Shown: piece after piece, positions 16,941 through 27,366 of the stretch
Numbering within the stretch: position 1 is the stretch's first letter
Layout: each line of letters begins with the position of its first letter
DNA from: Eubacterium sp.
GTDB taxonomy: Bacteria > Bacillota > Clostridia > Lachnospirales > Lachnospiraceae
Assembly (NCBI GenBank): GCA_022767895.1
Contig: JALENH010000216.1
Span: 1-41,698 of the forward strand
Direction of reading: 5' to 3'
Length of the DNA stretch: 41,698 nucleotides
Notes under the pieces: model-generated
Databases searched by the model: none
What the model saw: only the letters and a program-made list of their open reading frames with translations
Told to the model about the DNA's origin: nothing
Made by a program: the position numbers and the translations under genes

Positions 16941-19752
16941 GTCTTTTTCTTCCTTTCTTAACAAGTATATAGATTACATACAACAGTGACATTGCAATAC
17001 CAATTAGCGTCAATATCATTCCCTGTTTCAAACCAGGCGTGGTATACGAAAACTGAATTTCATTTTCCCCGGGCTCCGAAACTACCCCCATAAACATATC
17101 ATTGATTTGATATATTTCTTTCTCCTCACCATTCACATACGCTTTCCATCCGGATGAGTACGGAATAGCGAGGCAAAGCATCTTGGACGATGAGCATGTC
17201 AACTTCGCTGTAACAGAATTATCGTGGATCTTTATGTTTGAGCTCTCATTTTTCAGCTTATCCACTTTATCCTTATACTGATCCATATTCACGGATACCA
17301 TTGACAAATCTTTAAACGTATACTCTCCCGGTTCTCCAAAAACAATTTCACATTTTTCCAACCCTTTTTTGGAATAACCTGCATTCAATACGGCAGAGTC
17401 CATTCCCACCGCCCGACTATATTTCGTTTGTAATTCAAAAATATTTCTTTTTTCACCATTGACCACAGTAATTGTTGTCTTCTGTGGCTGCAGCCAGCCC
17501 TTCCCCTTCTGATACGCCATATAGCGGTCATTCCAGGACTGATTCGTGTCAGTTTTTTCGAATACATCACTGGGGCTGTACGCCTCAAATTCAACTCCCT
17601 GAATCTGCAAATATGTCTCCGAATTTTCTCTTTTATTCAGGAGGATAGGCACTGTTGCATACTTTTCCGTTACAATAATCTTGTCTCCCTCAACCCGAAT
17701 GTTATCCTTGTCCGCCGCTTTAATCTGGTTTAGAATTTGCGCTTTTTCCACATTTACAGAAACATGCTCCTGCTTTGTCTCTATCATTGGCAGACCGGTT
17801 TTCTGTTCTGCATAACACCCACTTAGCATTGCCTGTTCCTTTTCAATCTGCGTATAATTCTCCCATTGCTCGGAAGAAATACATTTGTCATAGGAATACA
17901 GTAAAGGAAGACTTGATTTATTTTCATACACAATGTCATTTACCGTCTCTCCCTTGTAATTCTCTCTCTCCCTTGTCCACTTTTTCTTATAACCACAGGG
18001 AAGTATGGTAGCACTCTGTAGATCCGTGTTTGTCGTAATATATTTTACCCCAAACAATGTATTTAAAGTTGTTCGACCATCTAAATTTCCAATGGAAAAG
18101 CTATTTTCCGTCTTTGCATTGCCTACATCCTTCATATATCGGGATACACATTCCGGTGTGATACTAAAGTAGGTGGATACCGTCGGAATATCTTCCAGGA
18201 TAGAATAATTCCGGCTTTCCCTGTCACATGCGTCCACCCGGTATACACCCTTATTGTTCTTTTTCTTAATTAGCGAAACACCCGTATTCGTGAGACGCTC
18301 CCTTGCCTCACCGACATTATAATACTCGGAGGCAATTCCCCCATCTGCAACTCCATACACAAATATCCCTTTACAAAAGCACTCAATCACCAAAAGAAAT
18401 ACCATACATAATTTCATGAGTTTTCTTATCTGATTCTGACAATTGATAGAGCAATAAAAAGTGAGCAGTGCAACAATCAGAAACAGACAGGAAACTAAAT
18501 TCTTTTCATTCCGGTTTACGGAAATAAATAGAGTTAGTACACCATAAATAACGGCAACTATACTTAATATTCGAAATTGCTTTTTGGTCAATTCAAACAA
18601 GCGTGAACCCAGTTGGCAAAAACAACATGCAATTACAAAGGCAAGCATAAACACCCAACGATTCGCAATATAGGAACATCCATTAAGAATATATCCAAAA
18701 ATCGGAAATAATAGTGCAACACCCGAAAGTATGAAATAGAACTTAAATTTTGAAAATTGCTTTTCTTTACTAACAATGGATAGAACCAACGCAAATAGAC
18801 CAACAGACAAGAATCCCAAACTTGTGGAATAGTCTATGGTTCCATACGAAGCTGTTGACGGTATCAAATTGAAATAATAGGACAACGGATATAAAAGGAT
18901 GTTTTGAGGCAACTCCCCGTCACTTCTCGCTGTGCCTAAGAAACTGAGTAACACCGGAAAAAATACAACCATGGCATTACAAACTCCTACCAGGTATAGA
19001 GCAATACATTTCGCAGCATGCTGTATATACGTCTTCCAGCCCGGCCTGTCATAAATCTCATACACACGTCGTATCGCATAAATAAACATGGCAATACTCA
19101 GCATAAAAAAGAAGTAGAAATTACTAATCAGGCTGATGCTAACCATAACAAGAAATAGTACTGACTGCTTCTTTGAAATCAATTTATCAATGCCAAGCAG
19201 CAGCAACGGTAAGTATATCATAGGGTTCAGGAAAAAGGGATGCCTTAATCCAAGAAAAAGGGCATTCCCTGAAAAAACATAGACAATTGCTCCCACAACA
19301 ATATAATTCATATTCCATTTGCGATAATTGGCAAAAGCAATGAATGCCGCTCCTGCCAAATATAGGCGCAAAACCACAAGAAAAGAATACAAATATTCCG
19401 TATAATCCGGAGAGACAAATACAGACAACAAATCCAGTGGATCACCAAAGGAATAGTAATTCAGTGTTGTCAAAACATCATAGCCATATCCAAGATTAAT
19501 GTCCCACTTTGTAAAATGAATCTGTCCTGTACTTATGAAGTCAGAAATAATCTCCCTCAAATACTGTCCAAGATAGACAAGTGCCGGATAATGCTGCTTA
19601 GACCCGTCGATGTTCCAAATCAACCCTTTCCCTGCAAGAAACCAGCAGCTAAAAAAGAGAATGGAAACAACGCAGAAAAGAAGCGTATAATAACCATAAC
19701 ATTTTCTTTTTGTATCAATCTTTATATTTTGTATTTTTTCAACAACTCTCAT
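16930..19752 (-). CDS. YfhO-family GT-C membrane glycosyltransferase
   Basis: DGSKQHYP, NLGYG, YYSFGDP, PMIYLPLLLLG, RWVF, C-terminal IPYSSGWKAYVNG and YTTPGL; ATG 19752 follows AGGAG. Confidence 0.88.
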   Translation of the reverse strand: MRVVEKIQNIKIDTKRKCYGYYTLLFCVVSILFFSCWFLAGKGLIWNIDGSKQHYPALVYLGQYLREIISDFISTGQIHFTKWDINLGYGYDVLTTLNYYSFGDPLDLLSVFVSPDYTEYLYSFLVVLRLYLAGAAFIAFANYRKWNMNYIVVGAIVYVFSGNALFLGLRHPFFLNPMIYLPLLLLGIDKLISKKQSVLFLVMVSISLISNFYFFFMLSIAMFIYAIRRVYEIYDRPGWKTYIQHAAKCIALYLVGVCNAMVVFFPVLLSFLGTARSDGELPQNILLYPLSYYFNLIPSTASYGTIDYSTSLGFLSVGLFALVLSIVSKEKQFSKFKFYFILSGVALLFPIFGYILNGCSYIANRWVFMLAFVIACCFCQLGSRLFELTKKQFRILSIVAVIYGVLTLFISVNRNEKNLVSCLFLIVALLTFYCSINCQNQIRKLMKLCMVFLLVIECFCKGIFVYGVADGGIASEYYNVGEARERLTNTGVSLIKKKNNKGVYRVDACDRESRNYSILEDIPTVSTYFSITPECVSRYMKDVGNAKTENSFSIGNLDGRTTLNTLFGVKYITTNTDLQSATILPCGYKKKWTRERENYKGETVNDIVYENKSSLPLLYSYDKCISSEQWENYTQIEKEQAMLSGCYAEQKTGLPMIETKQEHVSVNVEKAQILNQIKAADKDNIRVEGDKIIVTEKYATVPILLNKRENSETYLQIQGVEFEAYSPSDVFEKTDTNQSWNDRYMAYQKGKGWLQPQKTTITVVNGEKRNIFELQTKYSRAVGMDSAVLNAGYSKKGLEKCEIVFGEPGEYTFKDLSMVSVNMDQYKDKVDKLKNESSNIKIHDNSVTAKLTCSSSKMLCLAIPYSSGWKAYVNGEEKEIYQINDMFMGVVSEPGENEIQFSYTTPGLKQGMILTLIGIAMSLLYVIYILVKKGRKRHEG

Positions 19753-19790
19753 CTTTTCCACTCCTATGATGCATGATAATCCATCATTTG

Positions 19791-19820
19791 ACTATATCAT
19801 ATATGGTACTTCTGTGTCAA
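19791..19820 (-). promoter_or_regulatory. Internal promoter for the YfhO-GT2-phosphotransferase block
   Basis: - strand TTGACA (19820-19815), 18 nt, TGaTATAGT (19796-19791). Confidence 0.65.
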
Positions 19821-19821
19821 A

Positions 19822-21561
19822 TTATCTGTCATAGCCTTTCATATTTAGTAAGGTTGTTCCAATGGAAAGCCCTACACCTCTCTCCCCATCTTTTCCTATA
19901 CCAGAATAGAACACATTGTATTTTCCATTCTGTTTGAAGAAACAAGAACGATATAGTCCTTTGTTATCCCAGGCCATTTCATTATTGGATGGCTGCATAA
20001 CAAGGGCTGCCCTGGAAAAATTCACATTATCCTTCGAGTTTGAATAATACATACACATCTTTTCTCTGGAAGTGTCAAATGCTACAATTAACAATTCATA
20101 ACCCTGTTCTGTATGCATCATATCAATGTGCCACGTTCTCAATTTGGGGTTGGAATATGTTATTTGAATTGCCCTTGGCTTTGTCCATGTTTTCCCATCT
20201 GTACTTTCTCTGTAACAAATGGGATAATTACTCTTATAATCCACCGTCCACATTTTGTATTTTCCATCTTCAAAAATAATAGCGGGACTTAGCAGACCAT
20301 CCTCTTCGTATTTTGTCCTCAATACCAGTTCCTTTTCTGTCCACTTGATTCCATCCGCTGTTGTTCGACGAAAAATGGTATTTGTTGCACTCGCCTTATC
20401 CACTTGTCTCCAATAGCACTCTAACACATTCGTATCGCTTCGATAAACGAGATGTGTATCGGAATTATACTGCAATCTCGGTAAAACCAGTCCGTCAGGC
20501 GGATCCAATGGATTCTGAAATCCTTTCGGGACAGTCCAGTTAATCATATCATTGGAAACGGCAATATGCGGATTTTCTATTCTGTCATTCGCGTTTAAAA
20601 ACGGAGTGTAAGCCATCCAGTATTTATATCCATTCCATGGTTTGCTAAAATTTCTCACCGAAGGGTGATAGGCATTATTGTCTCCATATACACTAACCAG
20701 ATTCAGCTTATTCAGACAATGTTTCATATTCTCGCCATTTTCTGAAACAACAAGCCGGTAATACCCAAACACCTGGGAGCCATCCAATGACATTGCATAA
20801 ATTCTGCATGTCCCCACGCTTTTTGCAGTCACTTTCCCGGATTGAGTCACTGTTGCAACATCCGGATTGGAGCTTGAATACTCCACTTTCTTCATTGTCG
20901 CATTCGCAGGTTGTATCTCCGGCTTATAGGCATCCGTTTCTCCAACCACCATTCGTTTTTCACTGGCAGAAAAGCGAATACGATCGACTTTTATCGGTAA
21001 AACTTTTATCAGAACATTTTGCTCAATTTGCGAGCCATCATTGGTTGAAACCGTAATTTGACACGTCCCTACTCTTTTTCCTTTCACAAGCCCTTTTCGA
21101 TCCACTGTTGCAATTGACTTATCACTGGATACAAAAGTCAGCTTTTGGTAAACCGCTTTCTTTGGTTTTACTGAAACTTTTATGGTTATCCTTTTCCCTT
21201 TTAGAACAGAATATTTTGTTTTGGTTTTCAGGGAAGTGATTTTTTTCCCAACATATACACGGCATTTCAATTTTGTGCCGGATTTTTTTCTACTTGCTGT
21301 AACCGTCACAGTCCCGGATTTTAATGCCTTAATCCATCCTTTTTTAGATACAGTAACAATCTTAGGATTACTTGTTTTCCATTTTACAGAGAGTTTTTTC
21401 CCTTTATACAAAACACTCTGCTTGATCTTACTTCCTTTTTCCAGAACTATCACATTTGATTTTGTAAATTCCGGCTCCTCCTGTTCTTTTGCATATAATG
21501 GTATAGCCGTATAAAGGGACACCAAACACAGCACACCCAAACAACCTGCTAATTTTCTCAT
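19822..21561 (-). CDS. Secreted protein with three Big_2 (Ig-like) repeats and a putative beta-propeller glycoside-hydrolase-like domain
   Basis: Signal peptide MRKLAG..LYA; repeats WKTSNPKIVTV, FVSSDKSIATV, YSSSNPDVATV; C-terminal YHPSV, WMAYTP, ENP, Asp-box-like SNDMINW/TADGIKW/STDGKTW. Confidence 0.7.
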   Translation of the reverse strand: MRKLAGCLGVLCLVSLYTAIPLYAKEQEEPEFTKSNVIVLEKGSKIKQSVLYKGKKLSVKWKTSNPKIVTVSKKGWIKALKSGTVTVTASRKKSGTKLKCRVYVGKKITSLKTKTKYSVLKGKRITIKVSVKPKKAVYQKLTFVSSDKSIATVDRKGLVKGKRVGTCQITVSTNDGSQIEQNVLIKVLPIKVDRIRFSASEKRMVVGETDAYKPEIQPANATMKKVEYSSSNPDVATVTQSGKVTAKSVGTCRIYAMSLDGSQVFGYYRLVVSENGENMKHCLNKLNLVSVYGDNNAYHPSVRNFSKPWNGYKYWMAYTPFLNANDRIENPHIAVSNDMINWTVPKGFQNPLDPPDGLVLPRLQYNSDTHLVYRSDTNVLECYWRQVDKASATNTIFRRTTADGIKWTEKELVLRTKYEEDGLLSPAIIFEDGKYKMWTVDYKSNYPICYRESTDGKTWTKPRAIQITYSNPKLRTWHIDMMHTEQGYELLIVAFDTSREKMCMYYSNSKDNVNFSRAALVMQPSNNEMAWDNKGLYRSCFFKQNGKYNVFYSGIGKDGERGVGLSIGTTLLNMKGYDR

Positions 21562-22634
21562 ACAATCACCGCCTCGCTTTCGCTTTTCTTTCTTCTTCTC
21601 AACCCGATTTCAATTATCTTTTTTAACTGCATCAGCACAAATGAAAGAGCCAAACTAATCAATACTAAGACTATATATCGAAGCACATAATTACTTATGC
21701 CGCCAAGCAGTTCTCTGGTCGGGACAAAATAGTAATAAATAAAGGAATGAATCAAATATATATCCATGGAACATTCTCCTAAAAAAGCAAAGATATTCTT
21801 TACTTTCCCGGCAACATTACATACTGCAATTCCCAAGAATATAATTGATATCGCATAAATCACATCGGTAATCATTGGCGCCATGGTCCGCAACAGTGCA
21901 CTTGTGATACAAAAAATAATTGCTCCTGCTACAAATATCCATCTTCTCTTCTCACTATATGCCACAATACGATTCAGCACATGATACTCTGAAAAGAGCA
22001 TGCCAATCACAAAGGGCATTATGTAGAACAACTCCCGGTCCGTTGTAATAAGTGGTTCCCATATCACTCCTCCACTCGCCAGTATCACGGGTATACTGGT
22101 TACAATAAGTAAAATGACAGGTAGTTTTTTCACCAAATACAGTAAAACCGGATACAACATATAAAAAACCAATGCCGCTTCGATATACCACCAGGTATTG
22201 TTTAATGTTGGAGAATAAATCAATGCTCTTACACCAAAAAAGTCCAACAAAAAATTTCTCACACCCAGGATTCCGCCACCGTATATTTCAAGGGGCGTGC
22301 CCTGAAAATGAAAGGCAAAACTAAGCACAAACGCCGGGACATATACCCACCAGAAATTTTTTAAAAGTTTCCATACATGTTGAATTGCAAATCGAAAGGT
22401 TCCACCACCTTTTCGCCTGTAACTTTCACTAATTCCGTAACCACTCAAAATAGTAAATGTAGCCACACATACCTTGGTAATGACAGTCAAAACATCCATA
22501 TAATATGTATTAGACAAATCCATTGGCAGATCCACATTATGCCAAAACAAATGATGCCAGCACAGCATTAAGACAGCAATTCCTTTCGTACATAATGTGT
22601 GATTCTTTGTATAACTTCCTTGAACGTCCTCCAT
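21558..22634 (-). CDS. Acyltransferase-3 family membrane O-acyltransferase
   Basis: KGIAVLMLCWHH, FTILSGYG, WWYI, FYMLYP, SMDIYLIH; multi-TM. Confidence 0.85.
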   Translation of the reverse strand: MEDVQGSYTKNHTLCTKGIAVLMLCWHHLFWHNVDLPMDLSNTYYMDVLTVITKVCVATFTILSGYGISESYRRKGGGTFRFAIQHVWKLLKNFWWVYVPAFVLSFAFHFQGTPLEIYGGGILGVRNFLLDFFGVRALIYSPTLNNTWWYIEAALVFYMLYPVLLYLVKKLPVILLIVTSIPVILASGGVIWEPLITTDRELFYIMPFVIGMLFSEYHVLNRIVAYSEKRRWIFVAGAIIFCITSALLRTMAPMITDVIYAISIIFLGIAVCNVAGKVKNIFAFLGECSMDIYLIHSFIYYYFVPTRELLGGISNYVLRYIVLVLISLALSFVLMQLKKIIEIGLRRRKKSESEAVIV

Positions 22635-22654
22635 CCTTCAGTTCCTTTCTTCCC

Positions 22655-24277
22655 CTAACTCTCCCATAAACTCTGAACTTCACCGGTATTGTGGTACAAC
22701 AAAATCTTGTACTCATGGAATTTTTCTGTTTTGTAACACATCTCCTTATACTTTTCGGGCATCTGCTCATATTGCCACTTGGTAACAAGTACAAAACAAG
22801 GTTCGCCGGTATTCTCATACCACTTTGAAGAATTCAGCCATTTATAGGGGCCCTTCCACTCATTGTCAATAGCAGCCATCGATAAATTTCCGTCGGATGC
22901 CACCATATAAGAATACGTCTGCCAATACAATCCGTATCCTCTTTTATAACCCTTTTCCTCCAAATAATCAATCAAATCATAATCCACCTGATTATCAATA
23001 GAGTTGTTATTCACACCCAGACTATCACTATTTATACTATAATTATATGTCAAATAATAGCCATAAACTCCCATCACCAGCATGACGTACACGCCAATAA
23101 CCATCACCTTTATTTCCTTTGCATACTCATACTCAAAAGATCTGAATTTGCAAATCCAAATACCAAAATTAATGATTGAGTAATAATATACCCACAAAAG
23201 ATATCTTGCATGGTCCATCCCCGATATGACAAAAAGATAGCACACAAAGAACGAGGAAAAAAGCGTAAACAAGAACACCAACTTCTGTTTCTCGTTCAGA
23301 ACTTTTTGAAATCTCCGCAACAAACTAACCGGTACATAGCCCAGCATAAAAATCATGTATACAAAGGAAATACATTTATTGATGCCGCCCAAAGACAGCA
23401 ATGAACACGGTTTATCTGCGGCGCCAAAAAGTCTCATAAAGCAAGAGCACATATGAAGGAAGGACTGCCCAATTTCATTATACGGAATAAATTCATAATT
23501 ACTTACCGCGGATACATTCAGGTTCAGCCGTTCTGTCAGTCTTCCGTTATAAATCATACCGAGCAACGTACCTATCGCAATGACTGCCATCACATAAACA
23601 TATTTTTTTATCTTGCTAATATCCTTTTCGCTTCCTTTGTGCAACTCCAATACGATGGCAGCAAAAAAACTCAACATCATCGGTGCAGAGAACACAAGAA
23701 TCATTGCATAACCGGTTCCCACCCGAAATACAAGAAGCCCAAATAGAAGAATATAGCCCACTATCCTCTTTCCCCTACGGGAACTAATACAGAGGAGAGA
23801 TAACAAAATCATGGCCGCAAGATAAATCATCATTGTCATATAGGTTGCCTGAAAATAGAAATGTTCAGAAACCACTTCTGACACCGGTAATAAGAGAAGA
23901 AGCAAAACCATCCAAATCCGTTTTTCAAACACATGTACCTTTTGAAATAATGCCGTAACGACAAGCGCAATCACGGTCTGAATAACAACGGCCCAGGCTC
24001 TGGCTGTTAACCACGATGAACAAATCTTTAACAATGGGATGATAATTGTATTAAGCCCAACATTCCAAATATCTGTTCCATAATTCCATTGTTGCGGATA
24101 AAGTGCCTTTTGCTCCCATTGCTCTCTTGCATATAGGATTGCCGTTGCACCATCCGAATGAATAAAAGCCCTGGTTCCTTTAAAAATAATAAATATATTG
24201 GCTACAAATACCATTACCACAAGAAGCCAGCCAATCTGATCCAATCGATTCGAATGTTCGTACCATTTCTTTTTCAC
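22655..24277 (-). CDS. Polytopic membrane protein, probable GT-C transferase
   Basis: HSD motif after the first TM, about 11 hydrophobic segments, ARYL, soluble C-terminal tail (GYGLYW). Confidence 0.55.
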   Translation of the reverse strand: MKKKWYEHSNRLDQIGWLLVVMVFVANIFIIFKGTRAFIHSDGATAILYAREQWEQKALYPQQWNYGTDIWNVGLNTIIIPLLKICSSWLTARAWAVVIQTVIALVVTALFQKVHVFEKRIWMVLLLLLLPVSEVVSEHFYFQATYMTMMIYLAAMILLSLLCISSRRGKRIVGYILLFGLLVFRVGTGYAMILVFSAPMMLSFFAAIVLELHKGSEKDISKIKKYVYVMAVIAIGTLLGMIYNGRLTERLNLNVSAVSNYEFIPYNEIGQSFLHMCSCFMRLFGAADKPCSLLSLGGINKCISFVYMIFMLGYVPVSLLRRFQKVLNEKQKLVFLFTLFSSFFVCYLFVISGMDHARYLLWVYYYSIINFGIWICKFRSFEYEYAKEIKVMVIGVYVMLVMGVYGYYLTYNYSINSDSLGVNNNSIDNQVDYDLIDYLEEKGYKRGYGLYWQTYSYMVASDGNLSMAAIDNEWKGPYKWLNSSKWYENTGEPCFVLVTKWQYEQMPEKYKEMCYKTEKFHEYKILLYHNTGEVQSLWES

Positions 24278-24299
24278 AAAAATTCTCCTTCCTCTCGCA

Positions 24300-26390
24300 T
24301 CACAGCCAGAATTGAACTGTATAACATATATTATAATACAATTTAGGATTTCCCAAACTCAGATATGTTCTTTCATTGGCAAAAAACAACATTACATGAT
24401 AACCAATTGTTACGGCACATAACAGCGTCAATATTGCATGGTATCTTTTCAGGACAGATTCATTCCCGGTCCTTCTTGCCATTTCTTCAAGGGCAAGCAT
24501 AACAAGCACAATTGCCGTAAGCAACATCCACGAAAAATCACCATAATATCTCGGTAATATTCCCGCTCCCACAGTATCCACCACAGCCAATCCAATGGAT
24601 GAAACAAGTAATAACCAGAAAAGACCCCATATTTTCTTTTCTTTCATTATGCTCTTCACTTTTCGGATTCCCAGTAAGCACCAGGAAACAGGCTGACATA
24701 CAAAAAAGCCCCCGTACATCACTTCATGGATATTATTTCCAAGAAAGGCATATTCTGATGGCGCCGCCTGCAAAAATGGAAATTTCATTCCCACAGTTGC
24801 CGGTTGAAAGAAATAAACAAAAACACCCTCCAGGCACAAATAAATGCTTGTAAAACGCCTCGTCATATCATTGGAGGTCAAATTATAGTTTGCGCCAAAA
24901 TCAAACGGTGAACCGAAACGCGCGTAATTATAATACATAATCCCGGCAGCAACAAGAACAAAAGGTAATATGGCACCAATTGTTTTTCCTATACTCCCCT
25001 TGCTAAAAAGCTGCCTCTCTCGAATTACTCTGCTCCAAAAGAATGGAAAAACTATCAGAAGAATCAATAAAATCTGTGGCCTGCAACCAGCTACGAGAGC
25101 CATGCACAACGAACCAAGGCATAGACATACGCCGGAAATCTGTTCTTTCATTCGAATGGAGCGCAACCACAACCACATGCCCATCATAGCGAAAAATACA
25201 CCCGTCATAATAGGCAGTGCATAAAAATCTGCATGGGAAGCAAAATAGATGAGTCCACATGCAAAAGCGGATGTCACATAGATTGCCGCATACATAAGAT
25301 ATGAGCAGTCAGGAAACCACCTTCTTACAATCTCCTGCAATAATTTGGACAAAGCAAACAGAATCAACACACCACATATTCCCACAGCCCAAACTGTTTG
25401 AAACGGATTGCCTGTAACTAAATAATACGGAAGATAAAACATCAATTCCGGAACAATTCCAAAATAGACGTAATATTTTCCTTTGTAATAGGCATGATCC
25501 CAGAGAAATGAACTCTTTGTCTGCTCCATCACTTCTATTCTTTTATACTTGTCATAGGGATTATCCATCTCCTTTAAAGCCTGACACGGCTCTTCGTTTA
25601 AATAGAAATGTCCGTCTGCCAGAGCTTCGGCAAGCCGCTGATACTGCTGATGACTTGTCCACTGAGGATCCGTATACATTGGGTTGAGCAACGTGGATTT
25701 GATAAAAAGCACAGACAGAATTAGAAAAAGGCCAAAAGATATTCCTCGTTGTACTCTGCTTTTCGTACTAAACTTATAGCGATACAAAGATGAATTTGGC
25801 CGGAATATGTATACTAAAATAACAGCAAGGAAAACAAGAGCCATTCTTTCCCACACAAAATGAAAAGGAATTGTGGCATTCAACTCCACTTTCCCTATAT
25901 ACAGTTTATCTCCCTGATTCACCTCCGGAACAATCTTTATCTGATTGCTCTTACCGGCAAGATGAACATACGCATATTGCGATTTGCCGACATCTCCGTA
26001 AACAGTCCTGTTTCCCATATTCATAGGAATCGAATTTGCCTCATCCGTCGCATAGAGAGTAACCGGAACTCCCGTCCATTTCCGTTCCTGGGCGTCATAC
26101 TTTTTCATATTAAGCCGAATACAATTCACTTCACTGTTGAAGCCGTCCAGAAGGATTGCCCGGTCCGAAGTATCTTTTACTTCATACTCGGAATTTCCAT
26201 CGGAAACAAGTCCACTGCCATAATGAATCTGGCAATCAACCATATCGTTATCCTTTGTCAAATAGAACTTATAATTGAACAAAAACATTTCAAGAATAAT
26301 AGCAAAAACAAAGCCTGCCACCATAAATGAAGCCCTTCTCTTTGCTGAACTTTCTAACATCCAGTTCTTCATCCTGACAGCTATTCCCAT
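24300..26390 (-). CDS. Polytopic membrane protein, probable GT-C transferase
   Basis: WDHAYYKGKYYVYFGIVP, GCRP, YNYARFGSPFDFGANYNLT, PRYYGD; extracellular N-terminal domain. Confidence 0.6.
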   Translation of the reverse strand: MGIAVRMKNWMLESSAKRRASFMVAGFVFAIILEMFLFNYKFYLTKDNDMVDCQIHYGSGLVSDGNSEYEVKDTSDRAILLDGFNSEVNCIRLNMKKYDAQERKWTGVPVTLYATDEANSIPMNMGNRTVYGDVGKSQYAYVHLAGKSNQIKIVPEVNQGDKLYIGKVELNATIPFHFVWERMALVFLAVILVYIFRPNSSLYRYKFSTKSRVQRGISFGLFLILSVLFIKSTLLNPMYTDPQWTSHQQYQRLAEALADGHFYLNEEPCQALKEMDNPYDKYKRIEVMEQTKSSFLWDHAYYKGKYYVYFGIVPELMFYLPYYLVTGNPFQTVWAVGICGVLILFALSKLLQEIVRRWFPDCSYLMYAAIYVTSAFACGLIYFASHADFYALPIMTGVFFAMMGMWLWLRSIRMKEQISGVCLCLGSLCMALVAGCRPQILLILLIVFPFFWSRVIRERQLFSKGSIGKTIGAILPFVLVAAGIMYYNYARFGSPFDFGANYNLTSNDMTRRFTSIYLCLEGVFVYFFQPATVGMKFPFLQAAPSEYAFLGNNIHEVMYGGFFVCQPVSWCLLGIRKVKSIMKEKKIWGLFWLLLVSSIGLAVVDTVGAGILPRYYGDFSWMLLTAIVLVMLALEEMARRTGNESVLKRYHAILTLLCAVTIGYHVMLFFANERTYLSLGNPKLYYNICYTVQFWL

Positions 26391-26391
26391 T

Positions 26392-27336
26392 TTAATGCTC
26401 TCCCTTCAATCCCATAAAATGATTATGAACATTTACAAGGTTCATTTCAAAGTCCTGACGATGTTTCTGCTTATTGGAATCAAGCAATAATCCACAAAAG
26501 AAACTAATCAATGCTGCAATAAAAACAAACCCACAGGTAATCAACGTAGGGAATCTCTCTACGATTCCAGTTTTCACATAATCAATAATCACCGGCGTTA
26601 CAAAGCCCGCACTAAGCAAAAGCAAAACCAGTGATAGCAGGCCAAAGAATGCAAAGGGACGATAGGTACGAAACAAACGTATAATTGTCTTTAACACTTT
26701 TAGCCCATCCGAGTAAGTATTCAATTTTGATTCCGAGCCTTCCGGCCGGTCTCTATAGTCAATGACAACATTTTCCACAAACATATTTTTATCCACGGAG
26801 TGAATTGTCATCTCCGTTTCGATTTCAAATCCTTTAGAAAGGACAGAAAATGTTTTGACAAAATTGTAACTAAAAGCTCTGTATCCCGTCATGATATCCT
26901 TTATCTCACTTTTGAAAAGGAAATTGATACTGGCACGCACAAGGGAATTTCCCAAATTGTGAAAACGTCTTTTATTTTCTTTGAAATACGTAGCAGACAA
27001 GCGGTCTCCCACAACCATATCGACATTTCGATTCAAAACTTTGTTACACATTTCTCTTGCATATTCTGCCGGGTACGTATCATCTCCATCCGTCATAATA
27101 TAGCATTCTGCATCAATTTCACGGAACATACGACGGATAACATTCCCCTTCCCCTGCTGATACTCATGTCTCACAACTGCACCAGCATTTTTAGCGCATT
27201 CTGCAGTTCTATCTGTGGAATTGTTATCATAGACATATATAACAGCCTCAGGAAGCACTGTCTTGAAATCCTTTACCACCTTTTCAATTGTCTTCTCTTC
27301 ATTATAACAAGGAATTAAAACAGCTATCTTATCCAT
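26392..27336 (-). CDS. GT2 polyprenol-phosphate glycosyltransferase (DPM1-like)
   Basis: LIPCYNEE, YDNNSTD, QGKGNV, DGDDTYP, DIMTGYR, GFEIETE, two C-terminal TMs. Confidence 0.9.
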   Translation of the reverse strand: MDKIAVLIPCYNEEKTIEKVVKDFKTVLPEAVIYVYDNNSTDRTAECAKNAGAVVRHEYQQGKGNVIRRMFREIDAECYIMTDGDDTYPAEYAREMCNKVLNRNVDMVVGDRLSATYFKENKRRFHNLGNSLVRASINFLFKSEIKDIMTGYRAFSYNFVKTFSVLSKGFEIETEMTIHSVDKNMFVENVVIDYRDRPEGSESKLNTYSDGLKVLKTIIRLFRTYRPFAFFGLLSLVLLLLSAGFVTPVIIDYVKTGIVERFPTLITCGFVFIAALISFFCGLLLDSNKQKHRQDFEMNLVNVHNHFMGLKGEH

Positions 27337-27366
27337 CTTTATCCTCCATGCCTTCTTCTTTTAACA

